Below are positions 26,064 to 39,300 of a DNA stretch of 64,000 bases, piece after piece (positions within the stretch are counted from its first letter, which is position 1; each line of letters starts with the position of its first letter). The translations under genes were made by a program, and so were the position numbers. Below the pieces are notes generated by a model. It was given only the letters and a program-made list of their open reading frames with translations. It was not told the origin of the DNA and searched no databases. Origin of the DNA: Auanema rhodensis (taxonomy: Eukaryota; Animalia; Nematoda); contig OZ059898.1 of the NCBI GenBank assembly GCA_964057225.1, forward strand, positions 806,001-870,000, given 5' to 3'.

Positions 26064-26554
26064 TTGTTCAGTTTTTTTTTCGTATTAGTCTGGGTTAAGC
26101 GAATAGCTTATACAACCCTTAATCGAATAGATTCTGGTGGTTTAGTCACTGCTACCCAAATCGGGTTCTGTTTATAGTTTGCCAATTTTATTTAGTCTAA
26201 CTAAATAAGAAAGGAAAATTATAGATTGTTATTGGTTTCAATAGCTCATCAAAGTTTTGTACTGTGGTTACGCATTGTATCCGAGTATATTTACGAGTTA
26301 TTGGAATTGATAAGATCTGGTGCTAGTGTTTAGGTAGAAAAAATTTTTCGGAATTTTCTACCAGAGACATCTCATCATTGTAAACAGAACTTGAGTAGTA
26401 GTAAGATTACTGAACACAGATCTATTAGATTGATACAATTTGCTTATCAGATTGTTCTGATTATTAATTCTAAATACTAGAATTTGATCATAAAATTCCT
26501 GCATTAGCAAAATTATTTTGTTTGTAGAGATTCGTATAGCAGTGCCTATTCGAG

Positions 26555-29500
26555 ATGTCGATTGAGAACGAAACGTTTGAAACAGAACAACTCTGTGAAA
26601 TGGATTTCGAAAATGTGTTTTCTGAGGTAATCCTTAATTCATTAGTGAATCAAACATTTAAGGCTTTGGAGCCTTATAATGAAATGATATATAAAGAGTT
26701 CCTTGAAAAAATCAGAAACGCTACTGAAAAAAAAAGAACTGAACAAAGAATACTAAAAACCCGCAATTTAGTGAAAAGTAACCTAAAAAGCGAGATTAGA
26801 AAAGGAAAAACTTGGGAATTTGTTTATTCAATGCTATTAGTGATGAACAACGAAGGTCTGAAAAAACCTTCAGATCTTAGTGATGTTTTAAAGATCAGTA
26901 AGAAACGAGCGGAAATAATTAAAGACATAACAGATAATTTCCAACTCAATGAGAATAATATAGTGCAAGAGTTACTTGTTATTCATGAAACTGTGAAAAC
27001 TTTATGTGATACTTTTGATTGTAATCTAAAAGAATTGCAACAGAGAATAAGTAACAGTTGGCAATTTCAGAAATCAAGCTTGAATCAAGAAGATACTGAA
27101 ACAGCCATGGCAGAAATGATTTTGGATGAGCGAACTAGAGGTAATTCTGTTGAGAGTGCTGAACTCAAAACAAAAATTAAGGAGCGAACAGTGAGAACAC
27201 ACTCCAAGGAAATAGTGGAAATGGAACCAAATCAACAGGACCAACACTATCCATACAACTTCAGGGGTACGTCACCTTTACATTATGCTGGATTAAATGC
27301 GCAAAACGACGCGTTGTTAGAGATGATAAGAGCACAAATGTTACCTGATGTTCCTTATTTTTCTAACGACTCGTTGGAAAAATGGAATCAGTTCATTGAA
27401 AGTTTCAATCTCAAGTATCCAAAAGGTACTCTGACGGCCAGTAGTCGGAAGATGCTGTTCGTTGATAAGCTAAAAGGAGAAGCACGAGACAGATACGACG
27501 AACTGCCAGAAACAATTAGAGAGAGTTCGTTAGAAGTTATCATCGAAGAACTTCATAAACAGAGAGTGTGTGTTAAACGAACGAGCAGATTAGATGCTAT
27601 TTCTTCGCTCAAAACTTTACAGTACAATAGTAACAAAACACTGATTGTTTTCTGTAAAAAACTGGAAGAGACCTCAAGAAAAGCGTACCCAGAATTTCCT
27701 ACAAGGAAATTATCGTTTTTAAGAGCCCAGATGCTCTATGAAGCACTCAGAGATTGTTCATGCGCTATTCATCTATTAGAAACCATAGAGAAAAGCGAAG
27801 AAGATTTGGTCTATGAAAAAGTTAAAGAGATAGCGTTACGCTGCGAAAGAAATAAACGTGTTTATGATGAACAGCGAGAGAAAGGGAGAAATTCAAACAG
27901 AATTTTACCTAAGCTCAGATATGAAAAAAACCATATCGATACGAATAATTATTACACAAATGATCGGAATAGGTACGTGGGCGGAATTAGAGAACCTCCA
28001 AGTAGGAGAGAAATAATTTGCTACATATGTAACAAAAAAGGCCATTCAGCAGCACAATGCTTTGAGAGGAAGAAACCTTCCAACAACTATCCTAAACGAA
28101 TAGAGAATGTTGAAAAGCATAATGAGCCCGGAATGAGAAATCAAGCAGAAGTTTGGAATAAAACTATTCAAACATGCAATTCCATAACCAATTCAGAGAT
28201 AATTGGCGAACAAAGTTTATTATCTATGATAATTTGTGAGAAATCCAAAAAAAGAGTCCTTATCGATACAGGATCTCAAATATCGGTGATGTCATCACAA
28301 GCACTGGTAAATTTGATGAGTGACGGGGTTGATCTGGATCGATCGGTTACTCAAATACCGTGGAAAGGTGATAAATATATTGCCAATGCTTCGGGCACAA
28401 AAATGAATTTTGTAGGAGCAATAAGTTGCAAAGTTACGTGTTTAGAAAGCAAGAAAACTAGTAATGTAAGCTTTTTAGTACAAAAAAGTAGAGAAGAATC
28501 TATTTTGTTAGGAACAAATGCCTTAGAAAATTTGGGTATAATTTTGAAATTTTATACAAAAGAGGCCGTAGCCTTACAGAGAGTTTTTATACCTGCGAAT
28601 AAAAGTAGAACGCTAAAAATTTCGTGTGATGAACAGAAAGATAGTTTACTAGTGTCGCATAGGCATGATGTACTTACGGGAATCTGTAAAGTGGACAACA
28701 ATAATTCCACTACAGTAATCGTTGCTAACATGACATGCCAGCCAACCACAATAAAGAAAGGAGAGATTGTCGGTGAATGGGAGTCCGAGAATTGGACTGA
28801 AAAGCTGACTGCACTGAATGACGAATTGAAAACCGAATCAATTGATGTATTAGAAATGCGTATGTTAGATCAATACGCTAAACCAACAGATCCGGTTGGA
28901 AGAGCAGAAAAAGTCATTGCAGTCTTAGAAGAGAAAAGTGGTGTAACCTTTGATCCAAAGGTCAAAGACCTTTTAGAAAATTATTCAGCGATATTTGCGT
29001 TGGTTGATGCTGATCTGCAGCAAACAAATATTGTCACTATGAATATTGATACGGGAGATGCGAGTCCTATTCGTCAAAAAGTACGACCAGTGCCGTTTGG
29101 TATAAAAAATGAGTTTAGAGGTATTATAAAAGACCTATTACAAAGAGGGATTATAGAACCTAGCCAAAGCGCATGGGCAAGCCCTGTAGTCTTAGTAGAG
29201 AAAAAAGACAAATCCATCAGACTCTGTATAGATTATAGAGAACTGAATAAGGTCTTAAAACTAGATGCTTATCCAATACCAACGATAGATATCATTCTTA
29301 GATCGATGAACGGGAAGAAAATATTTTCCACATTTGATCTATCGTCGGGGTTTTGGCAAATAAAACTTTCCGAAGAAGATAAAGAGAAAACATCTTTCGT
29401 GACCAGCGAAGGATCTTTTCAATTTGTAGTATGTCCTTTTGGCTTAGCAACTAGTCCACCAACATTCCAAAGAATGATGGACAAAGCTCTGGGAGATTTA

Positions 29501-32500
29501 CTCAAAAGCAATGAAGTTTTTGTTTATATAGACGATATAATGATTGCAACAGATACTTTCGAAAGACATTTTGAAGTTATGAAGAAAGTTTTTGAAGCGC
29601 TGAAACAAGCAAATTTATCGTTGAAAGCGGTTAAATGTAAACTTTTACAAAACGAAGTGGATTATTTGGGCCACAAAGTAAACGGAGAAGGTATTCACGC
29701 CGATCCAAATAAAATTGAGGCAATTTTAAAGTATCCCTTACCAAATACAATTGCTGAACTAAGAACATTCTTGGGAATGGCGTCGTATTACAGAAAATTT
29801 GTGCTAAATTTCGCAGCAATTACTAAACCAATGCACGAAATGACAAGTGAAAAAAGTAAATGGGAATGGACCCGAGAGAGAAAAGAGGCTTTTGAAATTC
29901 TAAAGAAAAAGCTCACTCAAGCTCCTGTACTAATACAGCCTGACTGGGAAGGTGCAAATAGCGGTAAAAACCCATATATTATATACACTGATGCGTGTGC
30001 ATCTGGTGTAGGAGCGGTGTTATGTCAGAAAGCAAAAGATAATTTTCTACACCCGATTGCCTTTGTTTCTAAAGGTTTGTCGAAAGCGGAAAAAAATTAT
30101 CATGTAACAGACTTAGAAGCTCTGGCTATTGTATTTGCGCTAGAGAAGTTTCAATATTACATTTATAATACTGAAAAAACAGTTGTGAAAACTGATCATC
30201 AACCATTGACATGTCTGTTCAAGAAGACAGCAAGTGGGAGAATGTTGAGATGGAGCCTCATGGTACAGCGATACAGAATAACTATTGAATATGTCAAAGG
30301 AAAAGGAAATGTTATAGCGGACGCATTATCGCGAGGTGTTCCAGTTCAAGATAATTTTGATCTTGAAAGTGACTCAGATATAAAATATATTTGTTCGTTA
30401 CAAATGAGAGATAATATAGCTGAATTAATGATGAATGAAAATTACAAAAATATTATCAATCTCAGAAGGGATGAAAAACTCACAGAGAGAATTTTTTTGC
30501 CAAAACTGGCACATAAACTATTTGTCGGTGATTTTCTAATTGCAAAAGAAAACTTGTATTATATCAACGAGAAGGGTGAGAAATTATTAGTCATTCCTCC
30601 GTCAAAAAGATATGATATATATAAAGAAGCTCATGAAGGATTATTTGGAGCTCATTTTGGACCGAAAAAAATTATACGTTCTCTGAAGAGACAATTTTTT
30701 TGGGAAGGCTTAGACTCAGATGTGAGAAAATGGCACAGTGAGTGTAAAAAGTGCTTTTTAGCAAACAATAAAACAAAAAGTAAGCCATTATTACAGCCAT
30801 ATCGAACAGAAAAACCTTATGAGCTAGTTGGAATTGATGTCATGGATCTAGGTAGAACCACATCCAACAATCGTTATGTAGTAGCCGTAATAGACCATTT
30901 TAGTAAATGGTTAGGTGCATACGCAGTACCAGATAAATCTGCAGCAACAATAGCTGATATAATAGTTAAAAAATGGATATGTGAAGGCGCCAAATGGCCT
31001 AAACAGTTCCTGTCTGATAAAGGAAGCGAATTTGTTAACAAAATAGTGGAAGAAATAAAAAAGATAACCAAGATCGAATGGATCACCACCATGGGATATA
31101 ATCCTAGACAAAACGGTATAACAGAGAGAGTGAATTTAACAATTCAAAGAGCTCTGAAAAAGGCAGGAAACAGTCCGTCTGAGTGGGACAAGTTACTTCC
31201 GTTTGTAACATATGCGTATAATACAACACCACACGAAGCAACTGGTGAATCCCCGTTTTTTATTTTACATGGGTTCGAACCATATTTGGTATCTAATATT
31301 GTAGAACCAACTAAACCAAGTTTAGTAGAGTATGAATTAGATGAATATAAAGTTGATTTGTTGGAGGGATTTAGACTATCACGAAATATAGCAATAGAAC
31401 GGAACGATAAAGAGCGTGAAAAATTCAAAATGTATTACGATAAGAAAAATTGTAAAAACATACAAGAATTCAAAGTAGGAGATAGAGTATATCTGAAAAT
31501 GATAAACGAAAAAAGTAAACATGTCAATAAAAAATTGATAAATGATTTGAAGGGACCATATCGTATAATAGAGTCTTATAAGACGTCGGCATTAATCACC
31601 GAAATTTCGGGAAAAGGCGAACCTTTGAAGATACAATACGATCTTCTGATAAGAATTCCATCTACGATAGATGATAAACCAGTTGAAACGGTTAGAAGAC
31701 GCAGAGAAATCATAGTTAAAAGGATACACTACAAAAATATTGGAGAGGATAGTAGTTATAGTAATAAAATTATTTTTTATAGAAACCTCACGATAAAACC
31801 CAAAGATGCTTGTCATCCACTGTATGAATGCGATGGTCTGATACAACTACCGGATGGAAAAAGACAAATATGCTCGTTCAAAACGGTTACTTATGGAGAT
31901 CTGTTGAACAATAAATGTCCTACACCGTTGAAAGGAATTAGAGTTAGGAATACCTTCAGGTTAGCTCAATTCCTACAAGTAATGAAGGATCCAAGGATTT
32001 GGATCAATGAGAAGTTGGCTCATATAAATCGTATGAACGTCCACCCTGATGTTGAGAGTATGGCTGATGCAATAATATTACAAAAACAAAATTGTTTGCA
32101 CTCTAAGATCAACTTTTCGTTATTTGAGAATTTTCACATCACCTGCGAAAACCCAGTGGAATTCAACATGTCAAGCGATGACATTTCTAAAGCGTTTTTG
32201 ATTGCGTCTGAAAAATTAAATCGTTCTGCAAAACCTTCCGATAAAGATCTTTTGTTTGTTCCAAAAAGGATGAATGCGGCAAAAGATTTCAATTTTCCTT
32301 TCGGAAATTGTATCACCTATGAAAATTTATCAAATGATGTTATTTCAAAATTGTTGACTTATTGTAACGTACGTTATGTACTAATTGTATTACCGCTGAT
32401 CTCCGAAGAAAACGAAGCAGACAAACTGATTAAACAACTGGGAAGATTAGGTTGTGCCCTGAATGCACAAATAATATTGATAAGTCCTATTGCAAGATTT

Positions 32501-32884
32501 GATGACAACACATTCTTTGATAGCATGCGAACATGGCAAAAAGTACATGAATGTTTTGCCACAGAATGCACAACACGTAATGATAAGTTATGGATACAAT
32601 ATATAGGCTGTCGAGGTGATGACGTTGCTTTAGTAACGCACTATTGGTTTGCTGGTGGGCCACTGCCTTATCAGAAAACATCTGATCGTATTTTGTACGA
32701 ACATGTTAAGAGTTTTTTAACCATGCTACAGAAAAAACTACTATCGTTAGGAGTTTCGTCTATGTTAAATAGAATGGAGAAACGAAAACAAACTCATATA
32801 ATGAACAAAACCTTTGAAAAGAACACAAACAGAACTCTACACAAAACGTTCAAACCATATAGCCAATTCAAAAAACAGTACTGA
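26555..32884 (+). CDS. gag-pol: Gypsy gag-pol polyprotein, 2109 aa, copy 2
   Basis: Translation matches 10613-16942. Confidence 0.98.
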   Translation: MSIENETFETEQLCEMDFENVFSEVILNSLVNQTFKALEPYNEMIYKEFLEKIRNATEKKRTEQRILKTRNLVKSNLKSEIRKGKTWEFVYSMLLVMNNEGLKKPSDLSDVLKISKKRAEIIKDITDNFQLNENNIVQELLVIHETVKTLCDTFDCNLKELQQRISNSWQFQKSSLNQEDTETAMAEMILDERTRGNSVESAELKTKIKERTVRTHSKEIVEMEPNQQDQHYPYNFRGTSPLHYAGLNAQNDALLEMIRAQMLPDVPYFSNDSLEKWNQFIESFNLKYPKGTLTASSRKMLFVDKLKGEARDRYDELPETIRESSLEVIIEELHKQRVCVKRTSRLDAISSLKTLQYNSNKTLIVFCKKLEETSRKAYPEFPTRKLSFLRAQMLYEALRDCSCAIHLLETIEKSEEDLVYEKVKEIALRCERNKRVYDEQREKGRNSNRILPKLRYEKNHIDTNNYYTNDRNRYVGGIREPPSRREIICYICNKKGHSAAQCFERKKPSNNYPKRIENVEKHNEPGMRNQAEVWNKTIQTCNSITNSEIIGEQSLLSMIICEKSKKRVLIDTGSQISVMSSQALVNLMSDGVDLDRSVTQIPWKGDKYIANASGTKMNFVGAISCKVTCLESKKTSNVSFLVQKSREESILLGTNALENLGIILKFYTKEAVALQRVFIPANKSRTLKISCDEQKDSLLVSHRHDVLTGICKVDNNNSTTVIVANMTCQPTTIKKGEIVGEWESENWTEKLTALNDELKTESIDVLEMRMLDQYAKPTDPVGRAEKVIAVLEEKSGVTFDPKVKDLLENYSAIFALVDADLQQTNIVTMNIDTGDASPIRQKVRPVPFGIKNEFRGIIKDLLQRGIIEPSQSAWASPVVLVEKKDKSIRLCIDYRELNKVLKLDAYPIPTIDIILRSMNGKKIFSTFDLSSGFWQIKLSEEDKEKTSFVTSEGSFQFVVCPFGLATSPPTFQRMMDKALGDLLKSNEVFVYIDDIMIATDTFERHFEVMKKVFEALKQANLSLKAVKCKLLQNEVDYLGHKVNGEGIHADPNKIEAILKYPLPNTIAELRTFLGMASYYRKFVLNFAAITKPMHEMTSEKSKWEWTRERKEAFEILKKKLTQAPVLIQPDWEGANSGKNPYIIYTDACASGVGAVLCQKAKDNFLHPIAFVSKGLSKAEKNYHVTDLEALAIVFALEKFQYYIYNTEKTVVKTDHQPLTCLFKKTASGRMLRWSLMVQRYRITIEYVKGKGNVIADALSRGVPVQDNFDLESDSDIKYICSLQMRDNIAELMMNENYKNIINLRRDEKLTERIFLPKLAHKLFVGDFLIAKENLYYINEKGEKLLVIPPSKRYDIYKEAHEGLFGAHFGPKKIIRSLKRQFFWEGLDSDVRKWHSECKKCFLANNKTKSKPLLQPYRTEKPYELVGIDVMDLGRTTSNNRYVVAVIDHFSKWLGAYAVPDKSAATIADIIVKKWICEGAKWPKQFLSDKGSEFVNKIVEEIKKITKIEWITTMGYNPRQNGITERVNLTIQRALKKAGNSPSEWDKLLPFVTYAYNTTPHEATGESPFFILHGFEPYLVSNIVEPTKPSLVEYELDEYKVDLLEGFRLSRNIAIERNDKEREKFKMYYDKKNCKNIQEFKVGDRVYLKMINEKSKHVNKKLINDLKGPYRIIESYKTSALITEISGKGEPLKIQYDLLIRIPSTIDDKPVETVRRRREIIVKRIHYKNIGEDSSYSNKIIFYRNLTIKPKDACHPLYECDGLIQLPDGKRQICSFKTVTYGDLLNNKCPTPLKGIRVRNTFRLAQFLQVMKDPRIWINEKLAHINRMNVHPDVESMADAIILQKQNCLHSKINFSLFENFHITCENPVEFNMSSDDISKAFLIASEKLNRSAKPSDKDLLFVPKRMNAAKDFNFPFGNCITYENLSNDVISKLLTYCNVRYVLIVLPLISEENEADKLIKQLGRLGCALNAQIILISPIARFDDNTFFDSMRTWQKVHECFATECTTRNDKLWIQYIGCRGDDVALVTHYWFAGGPLPYQKTSDRILYEHVKSFLTMLQKKLLSLGVSSMLNRMEKRKQTHIMNKTFEKNTNRTLHKTFKPYSQFKKQY

Positions 32885-32998
32885 ATTGTCTTCTTAAGAG
32901 AAAAGCGATGTTCTATCATGAGTTATATATATGTGTTTTTTTGTGTTTTTTATTTTTTTGAATAAATAATTGTTGAACATCTCGGGACGCGAAGTTTC

Positions 32999-33010
32999 GA
33001 AGGGAGGGGA
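32999..33010 (+). promoter_or_regulatory. Polypurine tract, copy 2
   Basis: GAAGGGAGGGGA before the 3' LTR. Confidence 0.93.
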
Positions 33011-33362
33011 TGTTAAGAAATGAGAATATTGTTAAATATATTGATTATAGAATATTATGAATGATATTTATAACAACAAAATATCATTGAAAATAACATT
33101 TAGAAACGATTGGATTCAATTACGATGAAAGAAAAAGAAGATAAAATTGGTCTTCAAAAGAATGCTCCCTTGACAATGAAACTACCGTAATCATCTTTTG
33201 CAACCAAATTCATAATTTTGGCCTAAAAATTGTATTGTTGTTTTTTTGAAATAAATTAAAGGCAGTTTGGGATTCTGTTTTCATTTTTTGTTTGATTATT
33301 TCTATTTTTTTTTATAATAAATCGTTTGCTTATTTGATCTTTTTGTTTCCTCTAATATAACT
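33011..33362 (+). repeat. Gypsy copy 2, 3' LTR
   Basis: TGTTAAG...ATAACT followed by TATA and satellite. Confidence 0.97.
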
Positions 33363-36300
33363 TATAAGTTCACACTTATATCCTCGATTTTCACCCTGAA
33401 GAATTAATTTTTTCGTTGAATAACATTGTCCATCGTCTTTGCCTTGAAAAATGGAATCTAAAAACATCTACTTTTTGCTAAATTATTTTGAAATTTTTCG
33501 AAAAAATTTTTGTCAAAATGTTTTTGGAAGCAATGTTGAGTGTACATGGAAACTCAACATACACTAATGCATCATTTTTCAAACGATCATAACTAATTTT
33601 TGTATTAAGCGTTTCTCAATGTAGTATAGTGCATTCGATGCGGATTTTTAAGCTGCGTCGATCTGTGTTATCAGATTTGCGCTAGCTTAAAAATGCACCG
33701 AGATATCAACTGATATAAGTTCACACTTATATCCTCGATTTTCACCCTGAAGAATTAATTTTTTTGTTGAATAACATTGTCCATCGTCTTTGCCTTGAAA
33801 AAAGGAATCTAAAAACATGTACTTTTTGCTAAATTATTTTGAAATTTTCCGAAAAAATTTTTGTCAAAATGTTTTTGGAAGCAATGTTGAGTGTACATAG
33901 AAACTCAACATACACTAATGCATCATTTTTCAAACGATCATAACTAATTTTTGTATTAAGCGTTTCTCAATGTCGTATAGTGCATTCGATGCGGATTTTT
34001 AAGCTATCCTCGATTTTCACCCTGAAGAATTAATTTTTTCGTTGAATAACATTGTCCATCGTCTTTGCCTTGAAAAAAGGAATCTAAAAACATCTACTTT
34101 TTGCTAAATTATTTCGAAATTTTTCGAAAAAATTTTTGTCAAAATGTTTTTGGAAGCAATGTTGAGTGTACAAGGAAACTCAACATACACTAATGCATCA
34201 TTTTTCAAACGATCATAACTAATTTTTGTATTAAGCGTTTCTCAATGTAGTATAGTGCATTCGATGCGGATTTTTAAGCTGCGTCGATCTGTGTTATCAG
34301 ATTTGCGCTAGCTTAAAAATGCACCGAGATATCAACTGATATAAGTTCACACTTATATCCTCGATTTTCACCCTGAAGAATTAATTTTTTTGTTGAATAA
34401 CATTGTCCATCGTCTTTGCCTTGAAAAAAGGAATCTAAAAACATGTACTTTTTGCTAAATTATTTTGAAATTTTCCGAAAAAATTTTTGTCAAAATGTTT
34501 TTGGAAGCAATGTTGAGTGTACATAGAAACTCAACATACACTAATGCATCATTTTTCAAACGATCATAACTAATTTTTGTATTAAGCGTTTCTCAATGTC
34601 GTATAGTGCATTCGATGCGGATTTTTAAGCTATCCTCGATTTTCACCCTGAAGAATTAATTTTTTCGTTGAATAACATTGTCCATCGTCTTTGCCTTGAA
34701 AAAAGGAATCTAAAAACATCTACTTTTTGCTAAATTATTTCGAAATTTTTCGAAAAAATTTTTGTCAAAATGTTTTTGGAAGCAATGTTGAGTGTACAAG
34801 GAAACTCAACATACACTAATGCATCATTTTTCAAACGATCATAACTAATTTTTGTATTAAGCGTTTCTCAATGTAGTATAGTGCATTCGATGCGGATTTT
34901 TAAGCTGCGTCGATCTGTGTTATCAGATTTGCGCTAGCTTAAAAATGCACCGAGATATCAACTGATATAAGTTCACACTTATATCCTCGATTTTCACCCT
35001 GAAGAATTAATTTTTTCGTTGAATAACATTGTCCATCGTCTTTGCCTTGAAAAAAGGAATCTAAAAACATCTACTTTTTGCCAAATTATTTTGAAATTTT
35101 TCGAAAAAATTTTTGTCAAAATGTTTTTGGAAGCAATGTTGAGTGTACATGGAAACTCAACATACACTAATGCATCATTTTTCAAACGATCATAACTAAT
35201 TTTTGTATTAAGCGTTTCTCAATGTAGTATAGTGCATTCGATGCGGATTTTTAAGCTGCGTCGATCTGTGTTATCAGATTTGCGCTAACTTAAAAATGCA
35301 CCGAGATATCAACTGATATAAGTTCACACATATATCCTCGATTTTCACCCTGAAGAATTAATTTTTTCGTTGAATAACATTGTCCATCGTCTTTGCCTTG
35401 AAAAAAGGAATCTAAAAACATCTACTTTTTGCTAAATTATTTTGAAATTTTTCGAAAAAATTTTTGTCAAAATGTTTTTGGAAGCAATGTTGAGTGTACA
35501 TGGAAACTCAACATACACTAATGCATCATTTTTCAAACGATCATAACTAATTTTTGTATTAAGCGTTTCTCAATGTAGTATAGTGCATTCGATGCGGATT
35601 TTTAAGCTGCGTCGATCTGTGTTATCAGATTTGCGCTAGCTTAAAAATGCACCGAGATATCAACTGATATAAGTTCACACTTATATCCTCGATTTTCACC
35701 CTGAAGAATTAATTTTTTCGTTGAATAACATTGTCCATCGTCTTTGCCTTGAAAAAAGGAATCTAAAAACATCTACTTTTTGCTAAATTATTTTGAAATT
35801 TTTCGAAAAAATTTTTGTCAAAATGTTTTTGGAAGCAATGTTGAGTGTACATGGAAACTCAACATACACTAATGCATCATTTTTCAAACGATCATAACTA
35901 ATTTTTGTATTAAGCGTTTCTCAATGTCGTATAGTGCATTCGATGCGGATTTTTAAGCTATCCTCGATTTTCACCCTGAAGAATTAATTTTTTCGTTGAA
36001 TAACATTGTCCATCGTCTTTGCCTTGAAAAAAGGAATCTAAAAACATCTACTTTTTGCTAAATTATTTCGAAATTTTTCGAAAAAATTTTTGTCAAAATG
36101 TTTTTGGAAGCAATGTTGAGTGTACATAGAAACTCAACATACACTAATGCATCATTTTTCAAACGATCATAACTAATTTTTGTATTAAGCGCTTCTCAAT
36201 GTCGTATAGTGCATTCGATGCGGATTTTTAAGCTATCCTCGATTTTCACCCTGAAGAATTAATTTTTTCGTTGAATAACATTGTCCATCGTCTTTGCCTT

Positions 36301-39300
36301 GAAAAAAGGAATCTAAAAACATCTACTTTTTGCTAAATTATTTCGAAATTTTTCGAAAAAATTTTTGTCAAAATGTTTTTGGAAGCAATGTTGAGTGTAC
36401 AAGGAAACTCAACATACACTAATGCATCATTTTTCAAACGATCATAACTAATTTTTGTATTAAGCGTTTCTCAATGTAGTATAGTGCATTCGATGCGGAT
36501 TTTTAAGCTGCGTCGATCTGTGTTATCAGATTTGCGCTAGCTTAAAAATGCACCGAGATATCAACTGATATAAGTTCACACTTATATCCTCGATTTTCAC
36601 CCTGAAGAATTAATTTTTTCGTTGAATAACATTGTCCATCGTCTTTGCCTTGAAAAAAGGAATCTAAAAACATCTACTTTTTGCCAAATTATTTTGAAAT
36701 TTTTCGAAAAAATTTTTGTCAAAATGTTTTTGGAAGCAATGTTGAGTGTACATGGAAACTCAACATACACTAATGCATCATTTTTCAAACGATCATAACT
36801 AATTTTTGTATTAAGCGTTTCTCAATGTAGTATAGTGCATTCGATGCGGATTTTTAAGCTGCGTCGATCTGTGTTATCAGATTTGCGCTAGCTTAAAAAT
36901 GCACCGAGATATCAACTGATATAAGTTCACACATATATCCTCGATTTTCACCCTGAAGAATTAATTTTTTCGTTGAATAACATTGTCCATCGTCTTTGCC
37001 TTGAAAAAAGGAATCTAAAAACATCTACTTTTTGCTAAATTATTTTGAAATTTTTCGAAAAAATTTTTGTCAAAATGTTTTTGGAAGCAATGTTGAGTGT
37101 ACATGGAAACTCAACATACACTAATGCATCATTTTTCAAACGATCATAACTAATTTTTGTATTAAGCGTTTCTCAATGTAGTATAGTGCATTCGATGCGG
37201 ATTTTTAAGCTGCGTCGATCTGTGTTATCAGATTTGCGCTAGCTTAAAAATGCACCGAGATATCAACTGATATAAGTTCACACTTATATCCTCGATTTTC
37301 ACCCTGAAGAATTAATTTTTTCGTTGAATAACATTGTCCATCGTCTTTGCCTTGAAAAAAGGAATCTAAAAACATCTACTTTTTGCTAAATTATTTTGAA
37401 ATTTTTCGAAAAAATTTTTGTCAAAATGTTTTTGGAAGCAATGTTGAGTGTACATGGAAACTCAACATACACTAATGCATCATTTTTCAAACGATCATAA
37501 CTAATTTTTGTATTAAGCGTTTCTCAATGTAGTATAGTGCATTCGATGCGGATTTTTAAGCTGCGTCGATCTGTGTTATCAGATTTGCGCTAGCTTAAAA
37601 ATGCACCGAGATATCAACTGATATAAGTTCACACTTATATCCTCGATTTTCACCCTGAAGAATTAATTTTTTCGTTGAATAACATTGTCCATCGTCTTTG
37701 CCTTGAAAAAAGGAATCTAAAAACATCTACTTTTCGCCAAATTATTTTGAAATTTTTCGAAAAAATTTTTGTCAAAATGTTTTTGGAAGCAATGTTGAGT
37801 GTACATGGAAACTCAACATACACTAATGCATCATTTTTCAAACGATCATAACTAATTTTTGTATTAAGCGTTTCTCAATGTAGTATAGTGCATTCGATGC
37901 GGATTTTTAAGCTGCGTCGATCTGTGTTATCAGATTTGCGCTAGCTTAAAAATGCACCGAGATATCAACTGATATAAGTTCACACATATATCCTCGATTT
38001 TCACCCTGAAGAATTAATTTTTTCGTTGAATAACATTGTCCATCGTCTTTGCCTTGAAAAAAGGAATCTAAAAACATCTACTTTTTGCTAAATTATTTTG
38101 AAATGTTTCGAAAAAATTTTTGTCAAAATGTTTTTGGAAGCAATGTTGAGTGTACATGGAAACTCAACATACACTAATGCATCATTTTTCAAACGATCAT
38201 AACTAATTTTTGTATTAAGCGTTTCTCAATGTAGTATAGTGCATTCGATGCGGATTTTTAAGCTGCGTCGATCTGTGTTATCAGATTTGCGCTAGCTTAA
38301 AAATGCACCGAGATATCAACTGATATAAGTTCACACATATATCCTCGATTTTCACCCTGAAGAATTAATTTTTTCGTTGAATAACATTGTCCATCGTCTT
38401 TGCCTTGAAAAAAGGAATCTAAAAACATCTACTTTTTGCTAAATTATTTTGAAATTTTTCGAAAAAATTTTTGTCAAAATGTTTTTGGAAGCAATGTTGA
38501 GTGTACATGGAAACTCAACATACACTAATGCATCATTTTTCAAACGATCATAACTAATTTTTGTATTAAGCGTTTCTCAATGTAGTATAGTGCATTCGAT
38601 GCGGATTTTTAAGCTGCGTCGATCTGTGTTATCAGATTTGCGCTAGCTTAAAAATGCACCGAGATATCAACTGATATAAGTTCACACTTATATCCTCGAT
38701 TTTCACCCTGAAGAATTAATTTTTTCGTTGAATAACATTGTCCATCGTCTTTGCCTTGAAAAAAGGAATCTAAAAACTTCTACTTTTCGCCAAATTATTT
38801 TGAAATTTTTCGAAAAAATTTTTGTCAAAATGTTTTTGGAAGCAATGTTGAGTGTACATGGAAACTCAACATACACTAATGCATCATTTTTCAAACGATC
38901 ATAACTAATTTTTGTATTAAGCGTTTCTCAATGTAGTATAGTGCATTCGATGCGGATTTTTAAGCTGCGTCGATCTGTGTTATCAGATTTGCGCTAGCTT
39001 AAAAATGCACCGAGATATCAACTGATATAAGTTCACACATATATCCTCGATTTTCACCCTGAAGAATTAATTTTTTCGTTGAATAACATTGTCCATCGTC
39101 TTTGCCTTGAAAAAAGGAATCTAAAAACATCTACTTTTTGCTAAATTATTTTGAAATGTTTCGAAAAAATTTTTGTCAAAATGTTTTTGGAAGCAATGTT
39201 GAGTGTACATGGAAACTCAACATACACTAATGCATCATTTTTCAAACGATCATAACTAATTTTTGTATTAAGCGTTTCTCAATGTAGTATAGTGCATTCG

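Larger units (their letters stand above)
25697..33362 (+). mobile_element. Full-length Ty3/Gypsy LTR retrotransposon, copy 2
   Basis: Offset of 15942 bp from copy 1, same translated protein, same TATA TSD at the same monomer position. Confidence 0.98.

Noticed and set aside
25697-33362. Second independent site-specific Gypsy insertion
   Set aside because: Shared rare flanking SNPs at the same offset indicate segmental duplication.
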